From: an uncultured Gammaproteobacteria bacterium
Lineage (GTDB): Bacteria > Pseudomonadota > Gammaproteobacteria > Steroidobacterales > Steroidobacteraceae
DNA: 64,000 nucleotides
Assembly (NCBI GenBank): GCA_963706535.1
Contig: CAVPMU010000009.1
Coordinates: 47,921-111,920 of the forward strand
Direction of reading: 5' to 3'
Within the stretch, counting starts at the first letter, position 1; each line of letters opens with the position of its first letter. A program made the translations under genes and the position numbers. Under the pieces are notes generated by a model. The model had not been told where the DNA came from, did no database searches, and saw nothing but the letters and a program-made list of their open reading frames with translations. Shown here in pieces: positions 10,201-19,074 of the stretch.

Positions 10201-10298
10201 ACCAGCGGCCGTCGTCGAGTAGCTGCGCCATTTACGCATTCCCGCGACGACGCGCAGCCGCAAGAATCACAGCCATCACCTTGCGGGGAGAGTCGGCC

Positions 10299-11540
10299 GT
10301 GGGTCGGGCGGCAGTCGGGTCGATCAAGGCGCGGGCCGCGCGCGACGGAAATCGCTTCGCATTCGTACTGCATCCGCTCACCGTCGCCTACCTGGCGAGC
10401 CACCCGCATTACCGCTGGACGCGTCATCTGCCGCCGACGCTCGTGGAGCTCACCGCAGCGTACATGCCAGGCCAACTCGTCGGGACGGTCAAGGGCGGGC
10501 GCTCGCCCGCGACGGGCAAGGCCATCGACGGGCTCATCTACGCGCTCGGCATGACGCCGCGTCAGATGCTCACCCGGCCGCCCGAGTTCACCTATCGCCG
10601 GTTGGACCAGGCGGTGCGCGATGCGGCGCGGCGCGGCGCGAAGATCGTCGGGCTCGGCGCGTTCACCAAGGTGGTGGGCGATGCCGGGGTGACGGTGGCG
10701 AGTCGCGCGCCGATTCCCGTCACGACCGGCAACAGCCTCACCATCGCCGCGACGCTCGAGACCGCCAAGCTCGCCGCCCGGCGGATGGGCTGGAAGGACC
10801 TCGCGCGAGGCAAGGCGATGGTGGTGGGCGCCACCGGGTCGATCGGCTCGGTGTGCTCGCGGTTGCTCGCGGCGGCCGTCAAGGACGTGGTGCTGGTCTC
10901 GATCGAGCCCGAGCGCCTCGCGGCGTTGAAGCGCACGATCCTCGCGGAGACACCCGATGCGGACGTTGAGGTGGACGTCACCACGACGAAGCGCGTCGGG
11001 GACTGCGACCTGATCGTCACCGCGACCTCGGCGTTCGGCCAGCGCGTGCTCGACGTGAGCCGGTGCAAGCCGGGCGCCGTGATCCTGGATGTCGCGCTGC
11101 CGCCGGACATTTCGGCGGAGGAGGCGGCGTTGCGACCCGACGTCATGGTGGTCGAGAGCGGCGAGGTCGTGATCCCGGGTCCGGTGAAGTTCAGCTTCGA
11201 CATCGGGCTGCCGCCCGGCGTGGCCTATGCCTGTCTCGCCGAGGCCGCGCTGCTCGCCATGGAGGAGCGCTTCGAGTGCTTCACGCTGGGCCGCGACCTG
11301 GCACCGGCGCGCGTCAAGGAAATCTACCGCCTGTTCCGCAAGCACGGGTTCGAGATCGCGCCGCTGCGCAGTTTCGGCCGGGCGCTTACGCCCGAGCTGG
11401 TCGCGGCGACCAATGCGCGCGCCGACGAATTGCGGGGCGACAGGAAGTTGCTGGCGCGCGTGAAGGCCGAGGCCGCCAAAAAGATGGCGCGGATCCCGCC
11501 GCGGGCCAAGGGCGTTGCCGGCGTCACCACGCTCAAGTAG
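10299..11540 (+). CDS. Long-chain acyl-ACP reductase (cyanobacterial AAR)-like NAD(P)-dependent reductase (often auto-annotated as shikimate/amino-acid dehydrogenase-like)
   Basis: GTG 10299 after GGGGAGAG SD. 413 aa. By-eye colinearity with AAR: [23 protein letters not shown] Rossmann motif, [14 protein letters not shown]. Confidence 0.65.
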   Translation: MGRAAVGSIKARAARDGNRFAFVLHPLTVAYLASHPHYRWTRHLPPTLVELTAAYMPGQLVGTVKGGRSPATGKAIDGLIYALGMTPRQMLTRPPEFTYRRLDQAVRDAARRGAKIVGLGAFTKVVGDAGVTVASRAPIPVTTGNSLTIAATLETAKLAARRMGWKDLARGKAMVVGATGSIGSVCSRLLAAAVKDVVLVSIEPERLAALKRTILAETPDADVEVDVTTTKRVGDCDLIVTATSAFGQRVLDVSRCKPGAVILDVALPPDISAEEAALRPDVMVVESGEVVIPGPVKFSFDIGLPPGVAYACLAEAALLAMEERFECFTLGRDLAPARVKEIYRLFRKHGFEIAPLRSFGRALTPELVAATNARADELRGDRKLLARVKAEAAKKMARIPPRAKGVAGVTTLK

Positions 11541-11551
11541 GCCCCGAGTGC

Positions 11552-12106
11552 CTATTGCAGTGTCACGGACTTCGCCACCTCGTCGAACTCGGGCAGGCTC
11601 TTTGCGAAGAAGTGCAGGGCGGGTGCCGTGTACTTCACGAGCAACAGCGCCTTGGGCGTGGGCGTGCCAAGAACGATCTCTTCGACCACGGCGCTGCCGG
11701 AATTTTCGGGGAGACGGTAGCGCAGGTGCAGCCGGAATGCCTGCTGCCCGGCGAGCGCGGCCGGCTCCGTGCCGAGAATCTCGACCTCGCGCATCACACC
11801 CTCCGCCTGGAGGTTTGCAACGTAGGATTCGGCGAGGTCCTCGGGCAGTGACTGCGCGCTCGAGACCTTCTTGATGGCCTTGAATGCATCCTTGTGCGGC
11901 ATCAACTGCACGAGGATGTGGTTCAGCAGCGGCCCGTCGTACGATGCCAGTACCGCCCTGGGGGCCGTGTCGTAATGCCATCCGGCCGGCAATCGCACGG
12001 TGCAGCCGCGCCACTTAGGTGTTACGGTCGCTCCCGAGACATTGAGTTCCCAGCCGAACGACGCGAGCGGCGCCAGCATCAGTAGAGCCATCCAGGCTAG
12101 TCTCAT
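11552..12106 (-). CDS. Exported hypothetical protein
   Basis: ORF with signal peptide MRLAWMALLMLAPLASF. High GC3. No recognisable domain. Confidence 0.6.
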   Translation of the reverse strand: MRLAWMALLMLAPLASFGWELNVSGATVTPKWRGCTVRLPAGWHYDTAPRAVLASYDGPLLNHILVQLMPHKDAFKAIKKVSSAQSLPEDLAESYVANLQAEGVMREVEILGTEPAALAGQQAFRLHLRYRLPENSGSAVVEEIVLGTPTPKALLLVKYTAPALHFFAKSLPEFDEVAKSVTLQ

Positions 12107-12149
12107 CTTTCCGACGGACCCGACCACTGGCACCTGTTAAGCTTTTCTG

Positions 12150-12743
12150 ATGAGCATTGCGCTGGTGATCTTCGTCGCCACGATCGTGGCGAGTCTCGCG
12201 GGACTCTACGCGGCGCCGCAGGTCATCGAGCGCAGCCTGTTCCGGCCGTACTGGTTCACGCGCCGCAAGCAGTACGAGACGATCGTCACCAGCGGGTTCG
12301 TGCACGCCGACCTGCCGCACCTGCTCTTCAACATGGTGACGTTCTATTTCTTCGCCTTCCCGCTCGAGCGCCAGATCGGGCCGGCGAGTTTCGCGGTGCT
12401 GTATTTCCTGGGGCTCGCGCTGAGCGAGCTCGGCACCTGGCGCAAGCACCGCAACGACCCGCAATACGCCTCGCTCGGCGCATCCGGCGCCATTTCCGCG
12501 GTGCTGTTCGCGTCGATCGTGTACTTCCCGTGGCAGAAGCTCTTCATCATCCCGATCCCGGTGCCGATCCCGGCGCCGCTGTTCGCCATCGGCTACGTCG
12601 CCTACTCGTGGTACTCGGCCCGGCACCCGCGCGGGAGGATCAACCACGACGCGCACCTGGGCGGCGCGGTCTTCGGCCTCGCCTTCGTGCTGCTCACCGA
12701 CCCGGCCGCCTACTCGAACCTGCTGCGCTGGGCCGGCGGCTGA
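12150..12743 (+). CDS. Rhomboid family intramembrane serine protease
   Basis: 197 aa, polytopic. GASGAISAV catalytic Ser motif and HLGGAVFG His motif. Confidence 0.85.
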   Translation: MSIALVIFVATIVASLAGLYAAPQVIERSLFRPYWFTRRKQYETIVTSGFVHADLPHLLFNMVTFYFFAFPLERQIGPASFAVLYFLGLALSELGTWRKHRNDPQYASLGASGAISAVLFASIVYFPWQKLFIIPIPVPIPAPLFAIGYVAYSWYSARHPRGRINHDAHLGGAVFGLAFVLLTDPAAYSNLLRWAGG

Positions 12744-12849
12744 GCGGAAAACTGCGACGGCCGTCAAGGCTGCCCGGCGGTTTCCACCTATCCGGCGCGG
12801 TTTCGCTACACTGCGGACGGTTCAATTGCCTTCGCAACGGGTGGTGCAC

Positions 12850-13221
12850 ATGTTCAAGCGTTCCGTCATCCATGTCCTCTGCTTCGCGATCCTCAACCTC
12901 GGCTCGCCGCTGATGGCGAATGCCGCGATGATCGGCACACTGCAGGCCGTCGAGTCCAGCAGCCGCGCCCAGGACCTCGCGACCGTCAACGCCGCGCTGG
13001 CACGCGAGGACGTGCGCCAGCAGTTCGCGGCGCTCGGCGTGGCACCTGCGCAGATCGAGTCGCGCATCGCCGCGCTCACGGACGCGGAACTCGGCAAGCT
13101 CGCCGGGCAGATGGCCGAGATGCCGGCCGGCGGCGACGCCCTCGCGGTCATCGGCATCGTGTTCATCGTGCTGCTGATCCTCGAACTGACGGGTGTCATC
13201 GACATCTTCAAGAAGACCTGA
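12850..13221 (+). CDS. PA2779-family protein (signal peptide, C-terminal membrane anchor)
   Basis: MFKRSVIHVLCFAILNL... signal. C-terminal GGDALAVIGIVFIVLLILELTGVIDIFKK. Paired with the downstream PA2778-type peptidase. Confidence 0.65.
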   Translation: MFKRSVIHVLCFAILNLGSPLMANAAMIGTLQAVESSSRAQDLATVNAALAREDVRQQFAALGVAPAQIESRIAALTDAELGKLAGQMAEMPAGGDALAVIGIVFIVLLILELTGVIDIFKKT

Positions 13222-13243
13222 TCGCGAGCACCGCGTTCAGCGC

Positions 13244-14218
13244 ATGGCCGCAGGCAGTCTCGTTCGCGCGGCTGCCTGCGTCCTCGCGCTCGCGCTGGCC
13301 GGTTGCGCAAGCCGCGGCCCGGCCCTGCCGCAGCTGACCGCGGCACGGTTCCCCACGCGCGTCGAGCTCGCGCAAACGCCGTTTTTCCCCCAGCGCGATT
13401 ACCAGTGCGGCCCCGCCGCGCTCGCAACCGTGCTCGGCGCCTCAGGCGTGCCGACCGACCCGGACAGCCTCGTCGCCGAGGTCTACCTGCCGGGCCGGCA
13501 GGGCAGCCTGCAGCCGGAACTCGTCGCCGCCACGCGCGGCCGGGGTCGCCTGCCCTATCTCCTGCCGCCGCGTGCCGACGCGCTGCTCGCACAGCTCGCG
13601 GCAGGCACGCCCGTGCTGGTGATGCAGAGGCTGGGCGCCGGTCCCTGGCCCGGCTGGCATTACGCGGTGCTGGTCGGTTATGACTCCGAGGCTGACGAAT
13701 TCATCCTGCGCTCCGGTACCGATGAGCGCCTGCAGCTTTCGAGCACGCGATTCCTGATGACCTGGGACCGGGCCGGGCGCTGGGCGATGGTGGCGCTGCC
13801 GCCGGGACAGGTGCCCGCCGCGCCGGAGCTCGCGCGCTACATGGAAGCGGCGGCGGGTCTCGAGGCTGTCGGCAAGCGTGACGAAGCCGTGCTGGCCTAC
13901 GAGGCCGCGACGCGGCAATGGCCTGCCGAGGCGCTGCCCCGTCTCGGACTCGCGAACCTCGCCTACGCCCGTGGCGACCTGCGCGCAGCCGAGCGTGGCT
14001 ATCGTGCCGTGATCGAGCTCGCGCCGAACGAGGTCGCGGCACGCAACAATCGCGCCGAGGTGCTGCTCGAACTCGGTTGCCCGGCTGCGGCCCGGCGTGA
14101 AATCGCGATCGCGCAGGCGCACGCCGGCACCGGTCCGCTCGCCGCCGAAGTCGCGGCCAGCGTGCAGAAAATCAACGCTACGCACGGTCCCGACGGCCCG
14201 GGTTGCCCGTCGGACTGA
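13244..14218 (+). CDS. PA2778-family (C39-like) cysteine peptidase with TPR repeats, lipoprotein
   Basis: Lipobox LALAGC. QRDYQCGPAALATVL catalytic Cys context. C-terminal TPR-like repeats (AYEAATRQWP..., ANLAYARGDL...). Confidence 0.7.
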   Translation: MAAGSLVRAAACVLALALAGCASRGPALPQLTAARFPTRVELAQTPFFPQRDYQCGPAALATVLGASGVPTDPDSLVAEVYLPGRQGSLQPELVAATRGRGRLPYLLPPRADALLAQLAAGTPVLVMQRLGAGPWPGWHYAVLVGYDSEADEFILRSGTDERLQLSSTRFLMTWDRAGRWAMVALPPGQVPAAPELARYMEAAAGLEAVGKRDEAVLAYEAATRQWPAEALPRLGLANLAYARGDLRAAERGYRAVIELAPNEVAARNNRAEVLLELGCPAAARREIAIAQAHAGTGPLAAEVAASVQKINATHGPDGPGCPSD

Positions 14219-14238
14219 GCGGCGGCACACTCCCGTCC

Positions 14239-14454
14239 ATGACGCTGAAGGAACGGCTCGACGAGATCTTCCCGGAGTGGCAGCGCTGGTATCCCAGCCT
14301 GTTCGACGCCGCCGTGGACCTCGGCGTGATCCGCGCCCGCGTCTGCGATCCTTCGTCGCTGCTGCTCTCGAACCGCCACGCGAGCGTGCGGGCCGCGGCC
14401 GAACTCGAGCACCGGCGCATCTGGAGCGCCGAGGAGAACGAGCCCGAGGACTGA
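14239..14454 (+). CDS. Small hypothetical protein (71 aa)
   Basis: ORF with coding-like GC3. No recognisable domain. Confidence 0.45.
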   Translation: MTLKERLDEIFPEWQRWYPSLFDAAVDLGVIRARVCDPSSLLLSNRHASVRAAAELEHRRIWSAEENEPED

Positions 14455-14461
14455 CCGCGAC

Positions 14462-15313
14462 TCAGCGGCGCGGCGGCATCTCCGCGAACTGCGGGATCGA
14501 GTCGCTGATGCGGTCCCAGGGCGCTTTCGAGTCGACGAAGATGTGCGCCTCGGCGCGAATGCCCGGGTCGCTGTCTAGCGACCCGGCCGGCACGTTGACC
14601 ACGCCATGCTCGACCGCGACCCGCGGCACGGCGCTGCCGCAGCGCCGGCAGAACGCGGTGCCGAAGAACTGCGCCCCGGACAGGTGGTAGTCCTGCACCA
14701 GGTCGGCGCCGCGCAGCCAGCGGAAGCCGTCGGCCTTGTAGAAGATGTTGGCCGCGTGCGCGGCGCTGCGCCCGTGCCGGCAGCGCGAGCAATGGCAGTA
14801 GAAGAAGCGCAGCGGCGGCCCGCTGATCTCGTACGCCACCCCGCCGCACAGGCAGCTGCCTTGCGTCGCGTTGCCGTGCGCCTCGACCGGCTTGCGCGGG
14901 GTGGCCTGCATGCCGAACTGCGGCGGGTACTCCTCGTGCTGTGGCAGCCCGTCGCTGATCTCGTACCAGGGCGCCTTCGAGGCCGTGAACATGTGCATCT
15001 GCGGCTCGATGCCGAGCTCGCCGTCGAGGTCGCCGGCGGGGCAGACGACCAGGCCGATCGCCTCCATGCCCTCCGGCATCACCGCTCCACAGTGCTTGCA
15101 GAACGAGCGATGGAAACCCGGCGACGACTGGTAGTGCTCGATCGAATCCTCGCCCGCCGTAATGCGAAACCCGGCGAGCGGGGCGGCGACGAACGTCGCG
15201 AAGGCCGTGCCGTGGTGCTTGCGGCACATCGAGCAGTGGCAATGCAGCATCGAGACGAACGGACCGTCGATCTCGAAACGCACCGTCCCGCACAGGCAGT
15301 GGCCCTGGGTCAT
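14462..15313 (-). CDS. Tandem GFA (glutathione-dependent formaldehyde-activating / CENP-V) domain protein
   Basis: Two copies of the Cys pattern: GHCLCGTVRFEI...HCHCSMCRKHHG and GSCLCGGVAYEI...YCHCSRCRHG. Confidence 0.8.
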   Translation of the reverse strand: MTQGHCLCGTVRFEIDGPFVSMLHCHCSMCRKHHGTAFATFVAAPLAGFRITAGEDSIEHYQSSPGFHRSFCKHCGAVMPEGMEAIGLVVCPAGDLDGELGIEPQMHMFTASKAPWYEISDGLPQHEEYPPQFGMQATPRKPVEAHGNATQGSCLCGGVAYEISGPPLRFFYCHCSRCRHGRSAAHAANIFYKADGFRWLRGADLVQDYHLSGAQFFGTAFCRRCGSAVPRVAVEHGVVNVPAGSLDSDPGIRAEAHIFVDSKAPWDRISDSIPQFAEMPPRR

Positions 15314-15380
15314 GTCGCGACTCCACGCAGGTCGGATGAACGAGTGGCTACGGTAGCGCGCGGCCACCGTGCTGGCCAGC

Positions 15381-15397
15381 GTTAAGGAGCCGTTAAG
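15381..15397 (+). promoter_or_regulatory. Direct repeat GTTAAG-N5-GTTAAG (11-bp periodicity), candidate OmpR/PhoB-type response-regulator box
   Basis: Read directly. Starts 65 nt (repeat ends 49 nt) upstream of the DUF1924 operon start, whose 3' end encodes an OmpR-family RR. Confidence 0.35.
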
Positions 15398-15445
15398 CAC
15401 GGGCCGGTAGGGTTCCGCTCCGTTCCCTCGACTGACGGAGTGACC

Positions 15446-15859
15446 ATGAAGCGAACCATCCTTCTGCTGGCCGTGCTGCTCGGCGGGCCCGCCGCGCAGG
15501 CCGGGTCAGCCGCCGCGCTGCTGGAGGCCTACCGCGGGGAAGCGGCGGCCCAGACCCGGTCGTATGCCGGGCCGACCGCCGCGCGCGGCGACGCTTTCTT
15601 CCATGCACGCGGCAGGGACTGGAGCTGCGCTTCCTGCCACACGCCGGATCCGCGGAAAACGGGCCGGCACGCGGTCACGGGCAAGCCGATCAGGCCGCTC
15701 GCGCCTGGCGCGGATCCCGCGCGCTTCACCGACCGCGCCAAGGCCGAGAAATGGTTCAAGCGCAACTGCAAGGACACGCACGGACGCGAGTGCACTGCCG
15801 CCGAAAAGGCGGACCTGCTCGCTTACCTGATCTCCCTCGACAACAGGAGCAAGCCATGA
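15446..15859 (+). CDS. DUF1924 domain-containing (monoheme c-type cytochrome-like) protein
   Basis: Signal peptide. CASCH heme motif. GACGGAG SD before ATG 15446. Confidence 0.8.
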   Translation: MKRTILLLAVLLGGPAAQAGSAAALLEAYRGEAAAQTRSYAGPTAARGDAFFHARGRDWSCASCHTPDPRKTGRHAVTGKPIRPLAPGADPARFTDRAKAEKWFKRNCKDTHGRECTAAEKADLLAYLISLDNRSKP

Positions 15860-16332
15860 ATCCCACGAGACACTTTCGACCGGCGGATCTCGCCGTCTGG
15901 GCAGCCGCCGTACTGGTGCTGGCCTTCGCGCCGGAACGACCCGTCGCCGCCGGGCCGAGTGACGACCACGCGGCGATGCAGGCCGAGTGCGGCAGTTGCC
16001 ACGTCGCCTATCCGGCGCAGCTCCTGCCGCGCGCTGCATGGGGAGTGGTGCTCGGCAACCTCGATCGCCACTACGGCGTCGACGCGAGCCTCGACGATGC
16101 GACCCTCGCGGCCGTCTCGCGCCAGTTCGCCGCGCCGAAGGGTGCACCGGCAGCGCCGGGTGCCGCGCTGCCCCGCATCACGACTGCCACGTGGTTCCGC
16201 GACGAGCACGACGAGGTGAGCGCTGCCACCTGGCGTCGTCCCGCCGTGCGGAGCGCCGCGAACTGCGATGCCTGTCATCCCCGTGCCGCCAGCGGCGATT
16301 TCGAGGAAGACCGGGTCTCGATCCCGAGGTGA
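15856..16332 (+). CDS. Diheme cytochrome c
   Basis: ATGA overlap with upstream gene. AGGAG SD. Two CxxCH motifs (CGSCH, CDACH). Confidence 0.8.
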   Translation: MNPTRHFRPADLAVWAAAVLVLAFAPERPVAAGPSDDHAAMQAECGSCHVAYPAQLLPRAAWGVVLGNLDRHYGVDASLDDATLAAVSRQFAAPKGAPAAPGAALPRITTATWFRDEHDEVSAATWRRPAVRSAANCDACHPRAASGDFEEDRVSIPR

Positions 16333-16337
16333 ACGCG

Positions 16338-17042
16338 ATGAACCAGAAACAGGTGGTCTGGGACCTGCCGGTCCGCATCTTCCACTGGACGCTCGCGGCG
16401 TCGTTCGCGGCGGCCTACGCGATCTCCGACAGCGAGCGCTGGCGCAACCTGCACGTGGCGTTCGGCTACACCGTGCTCGGCCTGGTCGCGTTCCGTCTGC
16501 TGTGGGGCTTCGTCGGCACTCACCATGCGAGGTTCGCGTCGTTCCGCTACCGGCCAGCGGAGGCGATTGCGTACCTCAAGGAGATTGCGACCGGTCGCGC
16601 CCGCCATTACACCGGTCACAATCCCGCCGGCAGCTGGGCCGTGTACGCGATCCTCGCCCTCGGCGCCGGCACGGCGGTCTCCGGCTACCTCACCCTGAAC
16701 GAGATCGGCGGCGACGCTTTCGAGGAAGTGCACGAGTTCCTCGCGAACACCTGGCTGGTCGTCGTATCGCTGCACGTGGCGGGCGTGATCGCGAGCAGCC
16801 TCGCGCATCGCGAGAACCTTGTGCGGGCCATGGTGACGGGCTACAAGCGTGGGGCGGGGGAGCGGCCCGCGACGGGACTCGGCGTGAGCGCGGTGGGACT
16901 CGCGGTTGCGGCGGCCGTGCTCGGCTTCTGGGGCTGGACGATGCTGGCCGGTGGCGGAGCGATTTCGAGCGCCGAGGCCACGGAGGACGGGCACGACGGG
17001 GAACACCTATTGGTCGACGCGCACGGGAAGGACGACGATTGA
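16338..17042 (+). CDS. Cytochrome b (b561 / Ni-hydrogenase-type) membrane protein
   Basis: VRIFHWTLA...HNPAGSW motifs. Four predicted TM segments. Confidence 0.8.
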   Translation: MNQKQVVWDLPVRIFHWTLAASFAAAYAISDSERWRNLHVAFGYTVLGLVAFRLLWGFVGTHHARFASFRYRPAEAIAYLKEIATGRARHYTGHNPAGSWAVYAILALGAGTAVSGYLTLNEIGGDAFEEVHEFLANTWLVVVSLHVAGVIASSLAHRENLVRAMVTGYKRGAGERPATGLGVSAVGLAVAAAVLGFWGWTMLAGGGAISSAEATEDGHDGEHLLVDAHGKDDD

Positions 17043-17045
17043 TCC

Positions 17046-17726
17046 ATGCGGATCCTGCTGGTCGAGGACGACGCGCTGCTCGGCGATGCCCTGCAGGCCG
17101 GCTTGCGGCAGGCCGGCTTCGCCGTCGACTGGCTGCGGGACGGCTCGGCCGCGGACGCGGCGCTGTGCGCCGAGCGTTTCGCAGCCGTCGTACTCGATCT
17201 CGGCTTGCCGCGGCTCGCCGGATTCGAGGTGCTGCGCATGCTGCGTGCGCGCGATGACCGCACGCCGGTTCTGATACTCACCGCCCGCGACGCGGTGGAC
17301 GATCGCGTGAAGGGCCTGGACGCGGGCGCCGACGACTACGTCGTGAAGCCGATCGCGATCGCCGAGCTGGCGGCCCGGCTGCGGGCGCTGGTGCGCCGTG
17401 CGCAGGGCGGCGCGGGCAGTGTCCTGCGTATCGGCGAACTGGAGATCGACCCGGCGGCGCGCAGCGCAAGTCTCGCTGGCGTGCCGGTGGAACTGCAACC
17501 GCGCGAGTTCGCGGTGCTGCTCGAACTCGTCCTCAATGCGGGCCGCGTCCTGACCCGCGGCCAGCTCGAATCACGGCTGTACGAGTGGGGCGACGCGCTC
17601 GAGAGCAATGCCATCGAGGTGCACGTCCACCACCTGCGCAGGAAACTCACGCCGTCGCTGATCCGCACCGTCCGGGGCGTGGGCTACATCGTGCCGGCCG
17701 ACGGGGGAGCGACGCGCGATGCCTAG
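17046..17726 (+). CDS. OmpR-family two-component response regulator
   Basis: MRILLVEDD...DLGLP REC domain. C-terminal wHTH with IRTVRGVGY wing. Confidence 0.9.
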   Translation: MRILLVEDDALLGDALQAGLRQAGFAVDWLRDGSAADAALCAERFAAVVLDLGLPRLAGFEVLRMLRARDDRTPVLILTARDAVDDRVKGLDAGADDYVVKPIAIAELAARLRALVRRAQGGAGSVLRIGELEIDPAARSASLAGVPVELQPREFAVLLELVLNAGRVLTRGQLESRLYEWGDALESNAIEVHVHHLRRKLTPSLIRTVRGVGYIVPADGGATRDA

Positions 17727-19068
17727 ATCGTCCATCCGCCGCCGGCTGGTCGTGCTGCTGCTCGCGGTACTGGCGGGGGCGTGGATCGCCATCGGCGTCG
17801 CCACCTACGTCGACTCGCATCGCGAGGTCGACGCGCTGCTCGATGCGCATCTCGCGCAGTCGGCGCGGCTCGTCATCGCGCAGGCCGGGCACGAACTCGA
17901 GGATCTCGAGGTCGAGGAGTTCGAGGACGTCGCGGGCTATCGCCGCCGCGTCGCGTTCCAGGCCTGGGAGGACGGTCACAAGCTGGTGCTGCGTTCGGCG
18001 GGCGCGCCTTCGGCGCGCCTGTCACGGGTCGAATCGGGCTTCAGCGATGCCGTGCTGGACGGGCGGCGCTGGCGCATCTTCAGCGGTTGGGACAACGATC
18101 ACGAGGTGCTCGTCCAGGTCGGCGAGGACCACTCGGCGCGAGAGCGCATCGCGCGCCGCATCGCACGCAATACGCTGCTGCCGCTGCTGCTCGCCCTGCC
18201 GCTGGTCGGTGCGCTCGTGTGGTGGGTCGTGGGGCGCGGGCTCGCGCCACTGCGCGAGCTCGGTCGTGAAGTGGAACTGCGGGGTCCGCAGGACCTGCGT
18301 CCGCTCGGCCTGCGTGATCCGCCCGCCGAGGTGGCGCCGGTCGCCGCCACGCTGGACCGACTGTTCGAGCGGATCCGCGAATCACTCGATTCCGAGCGCC
18401 GCTTCACCTCCCATGCAGCGCACGAACTGCGCACGCCCATGGCTGCGATCCGCGCCCAGGCCGAGGTCGCGCGGGCCGCGGATGAGCCCCGGGTGCGCGA
18501 GGGCGCCCTGTCGCGGGTGATCGAAGGCTGCGACCGGGCCGCTCGACTCGTGCAGCAGCTGCTGATGCTGGCGCGCGTGGACGAGGCGACCGTGGGCACG
18601 AACCTGGTGCCGTGCCGACTCGACGAGATCGTGCGGCGGGTGCTCGCCGAGCAGGCGCCCTGGGTGATGGAACAGGGCGCGGCACTCGATCTCGAGGCCG
18701 TCGAAACCGTCGTGCGCGGCGATCCGGTGCTGCTCGAAGTGCTGGTGCGCAACCTCGTGGACAATGCGGTTCTGCACGGCGGTGCCGACGCGGTGACGGT
18801 CGTCGTGGCGTCGGCCGGACGAGGCGCCACGCTGGTCGTCGAGGACCGCGGCCCGGGGCTCGCCGACGAGGACATGCAACGACTGGGGCAACGCTTCTAC
18901 CGCGCGCCGTCCGCGCGCGGCAGCGGCAGCGGCCTCGGTCTCTCCATCGTCGGGCGCATCGTCGAGCTGCACGGCGCGGTGCTGCGCTACGGCCGCGGAC
19001 GAGGTGGGGCCGGCATGCGCGTCGAGATCGCCTTCGACGCTCACGACGGCCCCGCCACGGGGCGCTGA
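17719..19068 (+). CDS. Two-component sensor histidine kinase (QseC/BasS-like)
   Basis: Two TM segments. SHAAHELRTP H-box. N/G boxes (DNAVLHG, DRGPGL, GSGLGLSIV). Overlaps the RR stop. Confidence 0.9.
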   Translation: MPRSSIRRRLVVLLLAVLAGAWIAIGVATYVDSHREVDALLDAHLAQSARLVIAQAGHELEDLEVEEFEDVAGYRRRVAFQAWEDGHKLVLRSAGAPSARLSRVESGFSDAVLDGRRWRIFSGWDNDHEVLVQVGEDHSARERIARRIARNTLLPLLLALPLVGALVWWVVGRGLAPLRELGREVELRGPQDLRPLGLRDPPAEVAPVAATLDRLFERIRESLDSERRFTSHAAHELRTPMAAIRAQAEVARAADEPRVREGALSRVIEGCDRAARLVQQLLMLARVDEATVGTNLVPCRLDEIVRRVLAEQAPWVMEQGAALDLEAVETVVRGDPVLLEVLVRNLVDNAVLHGGADAVTVVVASAGRGATLVVEDRGPGLADEDMQRLGQRFYRAPSARGSGSGLGLSIVGRIVELHGAVLRYGRGRGGAGMRVEIAFDAHDGPATGR

Positions 19069-19074
19069 CGCGAC

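Noticed and set aside
12128-12142. Sigma-54-like element TGGCAC-N5-..AAGC upstream of the rhomboid gene.
   Set aside because: GG/GC spacing is correct, but the -12 element is AAGC rather than TTGC. The implied transcription start would fall at or after ATG 12150. This is probably a chance match.
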